Position numbers and translations under genes: made by a program
Notes under the pieces: model-generated
What the model saw: only the letters and a program-made list of their open reading frames with translations
Told to the model about the DNA's origin: nothing
The model's database searches: none
Part shown: in pieces, positions 5,891 through 14,523 of the stretch
How positions within the stretch are numbered: position 1 is the stretch's first letter
Layout: the number at the start of each line of letters is the position of its first letter
IMG/VR virus record: IMGVR_UViG_3300044491_000733
Location: 1 to 25,701 of that record
Origin: a virus
Lineage: Duplodnaviria > Caudoviricetes
DNA: 25,701 bases
Strand: one strand, 5' to 3'

Positions 5891-8800
5891 ATGGCACAAG
5901 TCGCTCGTATTAGTGGTCAGCTACTACAAGATAATTTACAAAGAGAACTATCTGATCTTAAATTTGATAATGATCTTTTAGTAGTCAAACGAGACAATAC
6001 TCTTGGTATTAATACAACAACAACTCCTAGAAATTTAACTATTGATGGCACATTACGTGCAGCATCAGGAAATAGCGAACCTGATGTTATTTTTAGAAAT
6101 AGCTTAAAAGTTGGCGACTTTATACTTGCTACAACAGGTATTAGTACAGGTACAGGAGATGTTACACTTAAATCTACACACCCTGAAGGATTTATCACTA
6201 CAAACGGAATTGGTAGTTACACTTTTGCTGTTAAAGACGACGGCTTAGTTGCGCTAGGAACCAACGACGGAGTTGGTATTAGACCTGAAGTATACGACGG
6301 TCAAACAGCAATTTGGAATTCTAACGGCAATTACGGTAACTATTGGTATCCAGGCCCTATTAATGCCGCTGACTCACCTGATAACGACGGTACTAGATTA
6401 TATGAGGAAGCTAACTCAATTAGATTAAGAGGTGCTCCGTTTACACAAGCTGAGTTAGATGTTTTTGATTGGGACGAAGACGGCGATATTCAAGCTGATG
6501 ATGTTTTAAAAACAGGAACACTTAACACTGCGTTTGCCAACGGACAAGCCTTTCCGGCATCTCGTGAGTTAGGAGATCACCCAAATTTTGAAGCTCTAAA
6601 ACAACACATTATCGATTACTATCCAAGAAGTGCTCCAAAAATATTAAGATTACAAACAGGCGATACTCTTGAAGTAGACGGAAACATTCATGCTACAGGA
6701 AATATCACATACGGTGGCAACTCAATTACTATTGGTGACGATTCAACTGACACAGCACAATTTTTAGCAGATTTTAAAGACAATATTACTCCTGACTTAG
6801 ATAATGTTTATCATATTGGTAAAGATGATGATAGTACAGGACCACGAAAAGGATTTAGAATTAATGTTGATACACTTAACGCAGATACAGTTGATGCTAG
6901 TGGTATTATCTATAGAGGTATTGAACTTACTAAAGATGTAGGATTAATATTTGTAAGTAACGGCAACGGTAACGACAACAATGATGGAAGAAATGTAGGC
7001 GGCCCGTTTGCTACTATTACAAAAGCATTAAGTATTGCTAAAGACGGCGATTTAATTTATCTATATCCAGGAAGTTATCAAGAAGATTTTCCAATGACTG
7101 TTCCTAAAGGTGTAACTATACTAGGGGATAGTATCAGAGGAGTTGAAATATTACCTACTAGTGCTACACAAAGTAATGATGCGTTTTTATTAAACACAGA
7201 TACTACAATAGAAAATCTCACAATAAAAGATTTCTATTATGATAGCAGTAATGATACTGGTTACGCATTTAGATTTGCTAACGATTATAATAATATTGTA
7301 TTTGAACAAGAGCCTGGCAGATCTCCTTATATTAGAAATATAAGTGTAATTACAAAAGGAAGTACAACATCAGCATCTGATCCAAGAGGTTATGACAGCG
7401 GAGACGCTGGACGAGGAGCATTAGTTGACGGAAATGTAGTAGCACAATCAAGTAGATCGGCAAGTATGCTTTTCCATAGTGTTACATTTATTACACCTGG
7501 AGTTACAGGATTAGTTCTTAAAAACGGTGTAAGAGCAGAATGGCTTAATAGTTTTACATATTTTGCTGAAACATCTATCAAAGTTGAGCAGGGAACAGAA
7601 GGTAGATTATTACAAGATAGTACAATAGAGTACGGCGGCGAACTTAGAATGATTGCTAGTGCTAGTGTCTACGGCAATAAAGGAATTGTAGCAGACGGAG
7701 CAGACTGTTTAGTTTATGCTATTAATCATAATCTTGCTTATATCGGTTCTGGCAAAAATGTTACAAACGATAATACTTTAACTTTACAAGAAAATGAAAT
7801 AACAGAATTAAATGGGGCAAAAGTTTACTTTACATCACAAGACCAAAGAGGTAATTTTAGAGTCGGTGATAAATTTTTAGTTGATTTAGAAAATGAACGT
7901 ACAAGTTTTGATGTGGAAAGTATTTTTGCTGATAATACTAGAGTACAAATTCGACAAGATAATGATGTAGTTACATTAGAACCCGGACAAGTTTCATTGT
8001 CTAATATTGTAGTGTCAGGAAATAATATTGAATCTACAGTATCTAATATTGATATTAACTCAGTAGGAGAAATTAATTTTACAAGCAACGTTACTGCGCC
8101 ACAAATTGATGTAGCAGGAAACTTTACAGTAGGCGGAGCAATTAATAATATCGGCGACAGTCCTAGTGACACAGTAGATTTTGAAACAAATATTAGTCAA
8201 GACTTTGTACCAGGAGATTCAGACGGGTTACGATTAGGTACAGCTAGTAATAGATGGAATACTGTTTACGCAACAACTGCTAATTTTGATAGTGTAAATA
8301 TATCTAGTGAAACTATTGGTACTAATATTACTAATGCTGACCTATATTTAACTGCCCCAGATAAAATTAGATTTGAAAAAATTGAGATTACTGATAATAA
8401 AATTATTAGTAAATTTGATCCTGAAGGAGAATTTGTTGTTGGTGATTCAACAAGTGAAGGATATCCAAATATTTTTAACGGATATCTATCATTAAGAAGT
8501 GTACTACCAAAATTTACTAATATATTAGGAATTCCAGTACTAGGAACAGCAACAGTTACAGACGAAGCAGTTATACATGCAGCAAGTTTATTAGGAAGTT
8601 ATTTAGATAATAATTTTGATGGAGTAGCAGATGATGCTACATTATATGCTGAATTTTCAGATGGATTAACTGCTATTGTTGTTTACGCAGACAGTGCTGA
8701 AGAAACAAGTTTAACATCAAGTCTTGGTGCGTTTAAGATAAACAGAACATTTAGTGTTTACCAAAATGAAATGAATAACTATCAAATTGACGGCGCAGGA

Positions 8801-9949
8801 TCAAACAGAAATCTAGTCCAAGAAAAAATATTTAAGGATCTGCTTGCTCCTAAAATATCATTATTATATAGTGACCTTAGTACTACTAGACAAAGCACAA
8901 TAACTGATGCTATGGATGCCGCACGTGGAGGATATCAAGCAGGTGGCACTCCTGGATATAATTACCCACCTTTTGCTTGGTATACAGACCCGGACGGCTT
9001 GTCATACAATGATTTAGTATATGAATATCTATATCTACTTACAGCTACTATGACAGATAGTTTATCTTGGCGTTCAGGTAGTATAACATCTCTATGGGAT
9101 CCTTACAACTCTATTTTATTATCAAATCAAGATGCCGCAGGATTTTCACTAGTAAACGATACTACATATAATCTTCCAATAACAAATGCTCCTAGTATTG
9201 ATTATTGGACATCTGTTACGGATAATTTAGGCGGAACCAGCAGAGATGTTGAATTGTCTCCAACAAACAATCTATTAATTGATACTACAGGAACAATTAT
9301 TTTGCCTAAAGGAACAGCAGTAGAACGACCATCATTGTCAGGTGCTTTAAGATATAATACAACATATAACACATTTGAAGGTGTAGAAACTTCAGGTAGT
9401 GTTTCACTTGATGGCATTTATGATACTGATCGAGATACTTATTTAGACCTTTCAAATAATCAATTTAATTTTGTTACAGCCGCTCAAACAAATCATACGC
9501 TAAACGGAACACTATTAGAATCAAACGGATTTAGTAGTGATCATAAATTTAGTATTGATAGTAATACTGTTAGTAATGATGTTAACGGTGGAAATAGTAT
9601 TTTAAGATCTAATGGCACTGGTAAAACTATTATTGATGACGGATTTTATCATTTACAAAATAGTAATTTAATTAACACTACTAACGCTATATTTAAATTT
9701 ACACTTACTAATACTAATGGTAGAGCATTTTTAAAAATTGATAACCCAAGTGGTATGGTTGTACCTCAAGGAACTACAGCAGAACGTCCTGTATCACCAG
9801 AAGTTGGGCATACAAGGTACAATTTAGATCTAGAATATGTTGAAACATGGAACGGATCTAACTGGATTAATGCGGCTGGCGAAGTTGAAAGTATTGAAGC
9901 ATCAGATGTCGAAGAATTAGCCTATCTTTTTAACCTTATATTAGACTAA
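5891..9949 (+). CDS. Large virion structural / fibre protein A1 (1352 aa), paralog of 10086..13802
   Basis: N-terminus MAQVARISGQLLQDNLQR parallels MAIGRISGPLLKENLLR. IFVSNGNGNDNNDG...PFATITKAL...IYLYPGSYQE marks a pectin-lyase-like beta-helix entry. Two PxGT..ERP...RYN modules. Confidence 0.75.
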   Translation: MAQVARISGQLLQDNLQRELSDLKFDNDLLVVKRDNTLGINTTTTPRNLTIDGTLRAASGNSEPDVIFRNSLKVGDFILATTGISTGTGDVTLKSTHPEGFITTNGIGSYTFAVKDDGLVALGTNDGVGIRPEVYDGQTAIWNSNGNYGNYWYPGPINAADSPDNDGTRLYEEANSIRLRGAPFTQAELDVFDWDEDGDIQADDVLKTGTLNTAFANGQAFPASRELGDHPNFEALKQHIIDYYPRSAPKILRLQTGDTLEVDGNIHATGNITYGGNSITIGDDSTDTAQFLADFKDNITPDLDNVYHIGKDDDSTGPRKGFRINVDTLNADTVDASGIIYRGIELTKDVGLIFVSNGNGNDNNDGRNVGGPFATITKALSIAKDGDLIYLYPGSYQEDFPMTVPKGVTILGDSIRGVEILPTSATQSNDAFLLNTDTTIENLTIKDFYYDSSNDTGYAFRFANDYNNIVFEQEPGRSPYIRNISVITKGSTTSASDPRGYDSGDAGRGALVDGNVVAQSSRSASMLFHSVTFITPGVTGLVLKNGVRAEWLNSFTYFAETSIKVEQGTEGRLLQDSTIEYGGELRMIASASVYGNKGIVADGADCLVYAINHNLAYIGSGKNVTNDNTLTLQENEITELNGAKVYFTSQDQRGNFRVGDKFLVDLENERTSFDVESIFADNTRVQIRQDNDVVTLEPGQVSLSNIVVSGNNIESTVSNIDINSVGEINFTSNVTAPQIDVAGNFTVGGAINNIGDSPSDTVDFETNISQDFVPGDSDGLRLGTASNRWNTVYATTANFDSVNISSETIGTNITNADLYLTAPDKIRFEKIEITDNKIISKFDPEGEFVVGDSTSEGYPNIFNGYLSLRSVLPKFTNILGIPVLGTATVTDEAVIHAASLLGSYLDNNFDGVADDATLYAEFSDGLTAIVVYADSAEETSLTSSLGAFKINRTFSVYQNEMNNYQIDGAGSNRNLVQEKIFKDLLAPKISLLYSDLSTTRQSTITDAMDAARGGYQAGGTPGYNYPPFAWYTDPDGLSYNDLVYEYLYLLTATMTDSLSWRSGSITSLWDPYNSILLSNQDAAGFSLVNDTTYNLPITNAPSIDYWTSVTDNLGGTSRDVELSPTNNLLIDTTGTIILPKGTAVERPSLSGALRYNTTYNTFEGVETSGSVSLDGIYDTDRDTYLDLSNNQFNFVTAAQTNHTLNGTLLESNGFSSDHKFSIDSNTVSNDVNGGNSILRSNGTGKTIIDDGFYHLQNSNLINTTNAIFKFTLTNTNGRAFLKIDNPSGMVVPQGTTAERPVSPEVGHTRYNLDLEYVETWNGSNWINAAGEVESIEASDVEELAYLFNLILD
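7466..7500 (+). repeat. 35-nt exact repeat shared with 11262-11296
   Basis: ATGCTTTTCCATAGTGTTACATTTATTACACCTGG occurs in both A paralogs. Also 7319-7359 vs 11115-11155 (40/41 identical). Confidence 0.9.
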
Positions 9950-9950
9950 T

Positions 9951-10080
9951 TTCCCAATACGGATAAATAATATTAATGCGAACAAGACCAAATTAGTTCG
10001 CAGGTCCAAACTGTGGTTAGCCAGCAAAGAGCGCAAGCTGAAAACTTAGGCTAGAGGGACAGGATCCCCGTATTGAGGAG
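9951..10080 (+). promoter_or_regulatory. Structured intergenic leader containing a late promoter box (9963-9969) and an RBS-occluding long-range helix
   Basis: CAATACGG (9955-9962) is the exact reverse complement of CCGTATTG (10068-10075), which runs into the GAGGAG RBS (10075-10080). Internal helices TGCGAAC/GTTCGCA and TAGCC/GGCTA. Confidence 0.65.
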
Positions 10081-10085
10081 AGAAG

Positions 10086-13000
10086 ATGGCAATTGGTCGC
10101 ATATCGGGTCCTCTCTTAAAGGAAAACCTCCTACGTAATGGGACGGATTTAGCCTTTGAGACAGACCTATTATACTTGGATGTAACAAACCGTCGAATCG
10201 GTGTTAAGACCACGAATCCACAATACGCACTAGACGTTGCTGGACAAGCTAGAGTTACAGATCTAGAAATAACAAATAACGTATTCCAAATTGGCAATGT
10301 TACTATTAACGGTGATACTGCAACTATCTCAACGACAGCACAAGAATTTGCTATTGCTACTGCTGATAACACTATTGTTGGAAATAGAGTTCTTGTTGGT
10401 GACTTAGAAATAAACAACAACTTTTTAGAAAACACTAATACAAATAGCGATTTATTTATTAGAGCTAACGGCACAGGCGAAGTAAATATTGTTGGTAATA
10501 CTAGAATTGAAGGGAATCTTCACGCAACTGGTAATATAAGCGCCGATGGTAATATTACAATTGGCGACGACGATACTGATAACATTTTTATTAACGCAGA
10601 TATTGCTAGTGATATTATGCCGGATGTTGATAATACATATAACATCGGTGATAGTAACAAACGTTGGGCTACAGGATATTTTGCTAACGTAACAACTAAT
10701 ACACTTACTACAAACGATCTAGATTTTGGTAGTATTGATCTTATTAGTGTTCCGGGAAATATCATTTATGTTTCTACTAATGGTTCTGACACACAAACAG
10801 GAACGCACCCGCAAGATCCAGTATTAACTATTGCTAAAGGTTTAGAACTGGCCGGAACAAACGATACAGTTTACATTTATCCAGGACAATATCAAGAAGC
10901 ATTTCCACTAGTTGTGCCGGTAGGTGTAACAGTAAAAGGACATAGCTTACGTTCGGTAGAGATTAGCCCAACCAGTGGCACACAAAGTAATGACGCTTTT
11001 CATTTAAACGGAGATACTGCCGTTGAAGAATTAACATTAAAAGATTTTTATTATAACAGCGGAAACGATACTGGATACGGATTTAAATTTGTAAACAATG
11101 TACGCATTTACGGAAGATCTCCTTATATTAGAAATGTAAGTGTAATTACAAAAGGCACAACTACAACAAATTTAGATCCAAGAGGATTCGAATCAGGCGA
11201 TGCTGGTCGTGGAGCATTAGTTGACGGCAGTATTGCTGATTCAAACTCAAATGAAGCGTCAATGCTTTTCCATAGTGTTACATTTATTACACCTGGCGTA
11301 AGTGGGCTTAAAATTACTAACGGTTCTAGAGTTGAATGGTTAAACGGTTTTACATATTTTGCTGACAAAGGTATTGAAATTGTAGAAGGTACTGCTGGAT
11401 TAAAAGGCGACGGTAAAACTAGAATTAAATATAGCGGACTTAGCGGGTCTGCTCCGGCTGCCGGAGAAACAATCACATTAAAAGATGCTAATGGAACACA
11501 ATTAGCACAATCGACTATTGAAAGTGTAGATACAAACGAAGTTATTATTGACGGTAATGTAAGTGGATTTATTTTACCGTTGAGTAGAAATAGAAAAACT
11601 GTTACAGCAGTAGGCAATGCGCAAATTGCTACATCTTCTCCAGTCAAGTTCGGAACAGCTGCAGGATTGTTTGACGGTACAGGTGATAGATTTACATTAA
11701 CTACAGCAACAGACTTTGGCTTTGGCACAGGCGATTTTAGTATCGAAGGATGGATTTATATTTCCGACGATGTTGGGACTGAAACAAAATTTGATTTTAG
11801 AGCAGGCTCAGATACTGATAGTGCTATACATTTTTATACAGTAGATAGAGCACCTAAAGTTGATATTGGTAATACAACTGTACTAGCACCAGGAATAACA
11901 TTAATTAATACAACTTGGTATCATATTATGATATCAAGAAAAGGAACAGCGTTAACACTATTTGTTAACGGTGCTGTTCACTCAACAACAACAAACGCAA
12001 CTGACTTAGGAACAACTAAGCCTTTATCAATTGGCGGAACATATTCTAACACGCAAGGATTTGCTGGCAGAATAGACGACATGAGAGTGAGAAAAGGCTT
12101 TGGCGAAGATACAGCATTTTCAGTTCCAACCTCAGCAACATCAGTTGATCAGTATACTGTTTTAAAACTACCTTTCGACGGCGATGACGGATCGCAAATT
12201 ATTACAGACGACGACACATTTATTCAAGATATTGAGTTTAGTGGTGGAGGAACTGCAACAGCATTAACACTAATTGACACAAGTGATTTCGGCGGAGAAG
12301 TACGCAGTATTTCTAGTGCAAGTGTTTATGGTAATTATGGAATTTACGGAGATGGTGCTGGCTGTGTAGTTTATGCTATTGGTATGAATCTTGCTTATAT
12401 TGGCACAGGTAAAGATGTTAGTAACGATGTTACAGAAGTAATCCAAGCTAACGAAATAGTTGCTAACAACGATGCTAAAATTTATTTTAGTACAGTTGAT
12501 CATAAAGGTGATTTTAGAGTTGGCGACTTGTTTAGAATTAATCAGCAAACAGGTGAAGTAACATTTACAAATGCTGAATTCTTATTTAATAACAATCAAG
12601 GTATTACATTTACTGATGGTGTTAATACAACTATCATTGATGGAACAAAGATTGAAAGTGGTAACATTAGAATTAGCGGTAATACTATTAGTAGTACAAG
12701 CGGTGATGTAAACATTAATTCTAGTGCTGGCACAATTAATTTATTAGATAATGTTAATATTACAGGAAACTTAGATGTTTCAGGAAATGTAACAGTTGGC
12801 GGAAATATTACACTAGGTGACGAAGATACTGATACTATACAGATCAATGCGCAAATTGATAGTGATATTATTCCAAATATTGATAATACATATAACTTAG
12901 GTACACCTAATTTATCATGGGCAGAAATGAATGTCGGTAAAGCAATTATTGACGATATTGTTATTGATAACGACACTATTATTACAACTGCTAGTAATGG

Positions 13001-13802
13001 CAATATTAATTTTACAGCTAACGGTACAGGGTCAATTGTAATTGACGATTTGTCATTTAGTAATAACGTAATATCTAATACAACTGGCGATATTAGTTTA
13101 GATCCAAGTAGTCAAAATGTAATTGTAAATAGTACAGGAGCTGTAAAACTACCTAGAGGAACTACAGCAGAACGTCCTGGATCACCAACAACTGGTATGA
13201 TTCGTTATAATACTGATTCAAATGTATTTGAAGCATATGACGGAAATTGGATTCAACTAGGCGGAGTATATGACGATGATCGCGATACATATATTACAGC
13301 TGAATTAACACCTGGAGCAGACGATGATACACTGAGATTTTATGCTGGTGGATCATTAGTAGCAGATGTTACAGCTAATAGATTTGACATACAGCGATTA
13401 GAAGTAGATGATATTGCTATTAGTGGAAATACATTAGAAACTATTACTACTAACGAAAACTTAAATTTGAGAGCAAACGGTAATGGTTTTGTAACTATTG
13501 AGAATTTTAGTTTTAACGGAAATACGATAACTAATACTGTAAATGGTGCTGTTACTACATTGAAACAAGACGGTACAGGATACTTTAAAGTTGAAGGAAC
13601 AGGTGGATTTGTTATTCCAGTAGGTAATAACGCAAATAGACATCCAACACCTGAAACTGGAATGATGAGATATAACAGTGTTGAAGATAGAGTTGAAATT
13701 TATGATATCTCAAATAACTGGGTGTCAGTAGCTGGAGCAACAGGTGCTGTTACATTTAACGATGCTGAGGAAATTGCTATTAAATTAGCATTGACAATAT
13801 AG
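10086..13802 (+). CDS. Large virion structural / fibre protein A2 (1238 aa) with a LamG/concanavalin A-like domain
   Basis: Beta-helix entry IYVSTNGSD...PVLTIAKGL...YIYPGQYQE. LamG-like KFGTAAGLFDGTGD...GDFSIEGWIY...WYHIMISRKG...LFVNG...FAGRIDDMRV at about 11646-12180. GAGGAG RBS. Confidence 0.8.
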   Translation: MAIGRISGPLLKENLLRNGTDLAFETDLLYLDVTNRRIGVKTTNPQYALDVAGQARVTDLEITNNVFQIGNVTINGDTATISTTAQEFAIATADNTIVGNRVLVGDLEINNNFLENTNTNSDLFIRANGTGEVNIVGNTRIEGNLHATGNISADGNITIGDDDTDNIFINADIASDIMPDVDNTYNIGDSNKRWATGYFANVTTNTLTTNDLDFGSIDLISVPGNIIYVSTNGSDTQTGTHPQDPVLTIAKGLELAGTNDTVYIYPGQYQEAFPLVVPVGVTVKGHSLRSVEISPTSGTQSNDAFHLNGDTAVEELTLKDFYYNSGNDTGYGFKFVNNVRIYGRSPYIRNVSVITKGTTTTNLDPRGFESGDAGRGALVDGSIADSNSNEASMLFHSVTFITPGVSGLKITNGSRVEWLNGFTYFADKGIEIVEGTAGLKGDGKTRIKYSGLSGSAPAAGETITLKDANGTQLAQSTIESVDTNEVIIDGNVSGFILPLSRNRKTVTAVGNAQIATSSPVKFGTAAGLFDGTGDRFTLTTATDFGFGTGDFSIEGWIYISDDVGTETKFDFRAGSDTDSAIHFYTVDRAPKVDIGNTTVLAPGITLINTTWYHIMISRKGTALTLFVNGAVHSTTTNATDLGTTKPLSIGGTYSNTQGFAGRIDDMRVRKGFGEDTAFSVPTSATSVDQYTVLKLPFDGDDGSQIITDDDTFIQDIEFSGGGTATALTLIDTSDFGGEVRSISSASVYGNYGIYGDGAGCVVYAIGMNLAYIGTGKDVSNDVTEVIQANEIVANNDAKIYFSTVDHKGDFRVGDLFRINQQTGEVTFTNAEFLFNNNQGITFTDGVNTTIIDGTKIESGNIRISGNTISSTSGDVNINSSAGTINLLDNVNITGNLDVSGNVTVGGNITLGDEDTDTIQINAQIDSDIIPNIDNTYNLGTPNLSWAEMNVGKAIIDDIVIDNDTIITTASNGNINFTANGTGSIVIDDLSFSNNVISNTTGDISLDPSSQNVIVNSTGAVKLPRGTTAERPGSPTTGMIRYNTDSNVFEAYDGNWIQLGGVYDDDRDTYITAELTPGADDDTLRFYAGGSLVADVTANRFDIQRLEVDDIAISGNTLETITTNENLNLRANGNGFVTIENFSFNGNTITNTVNGAVTTLKQDGTGYFKVEGTGGFVIPVGNNANRHPTPETGMMRYNSVEDRVEIYDISNNWVSVAGATGAVTFNDAEEIAIKLALTI

Positions 13803-13811
13803 GAAAAGGAC

Positions 13812-14141
13812 ATGGCAACTAATTTTAAAAATATTATAGGTAAACAAATAGGAACAGAACGAGTTGCTGTGTACACGGTGCCAGCGGCAACAAGTACAAC
13901 TGTTATTGGATTAAACATTGCTAACTTAACAGATAGTATGGTAAGTTGTACTATTGAAATCGGAGACGAAGCAAGTAGTATTGGAACAATGATTAAAGGA
14001 ATGCCTATTGCTCCTGGATCTAGTCTAAAACCGATAGGAAAAGGTGAAAAAATTGTATTGGATGCTAATAATGTGCTATACGTTACAGCAGATCAAACAG
14101 ACTCCTTAGATGTAATTGTAAGTATAGTGGAGATTGTATAA
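13812..14141 (+). CDS. Small virion-associated protein, ~110-aa TVP family, copy 2
   Basis: VAVYTVPAATSTTVIGLNIAN...EKIVLDANNVL...VSIVEIV. Confidence 0.7.
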   Translation: MATNFKNIIGKQIGTERVAVYTVPAATSTTVIGLNIANLTDSMVSCTIEIGDEASSIGTMIKGMPIAPGSSLKPIGKGEKIVLDANNVLYVTADQTDSLDVIVSIVEIV

Positions 14142-14500
14142 TGAGTGATGGTAACTTAGGACAAAGTATTGCTGATATGGTCAATCAGACCGAAGCAAGA
14201 TATTTTTACGGACTTCGTAGAACAGATGACGGTGACCTTTATCTAGCAAAAGTTGATCAACTTAAAGCAGGTGATAGCATTGCTATTAATAAAGAAGGAG
14301 ATCCAGCAGAAAATTACGAAGACTTCGATCAAGGTGAAGATTTTTTCGAAGGAAGAAATGTTAACCATGAAAGAATATATGCTAATCTAAATTATGAACA
14401 ATTTAAATGGGATAATAGAAACATTAACTACTATGTAGATGATAGTGGAAATTTAGTGGCAAGGATTAACGAAGGTTATACCTACCCTACAGGAGTATAA
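14141..14500 (+). CDS. Hypothetical protein (119 aa), translationally coupled to the upstream gene
   Basis: TAATG stop/start overlap at 14139-14143, with GGAG upstream. Acidic and aromatic-rich. Confidence 0.7.
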   Translation: MSDGNLGQSIADMVNQTEARYFYGLRRTDDGDLYLAKVDQLKAGDSIAINKEGDPAENYEDFDQGEDFFEGRNVNHERIYANLNYEQFKWDNRNINYYVDDSGNLVARINEGYTYPTGV

Positions 14501-14506
14501 TAAATA
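14500..14506 (+). promoter_or_regulatory. T4 late-promoter-like box (ATAAATA)
   Basis: Intergenic, 17 nt upstream of the ATG at 14524. Confidence 0.55.
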
Positions 14507-14523
14507 CATAAAAGGTTGAAACA

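Noticed and set aside
10007-10062. c-di-GMP-I (GEMM) riboswitch, suggested by CAAAC and GCAAAG words
   Set aside because: The order and pairing of elements do not fit the GEMM two-hairpin, tetraloop-receptor consensus. Kept only as an unassigned structure.
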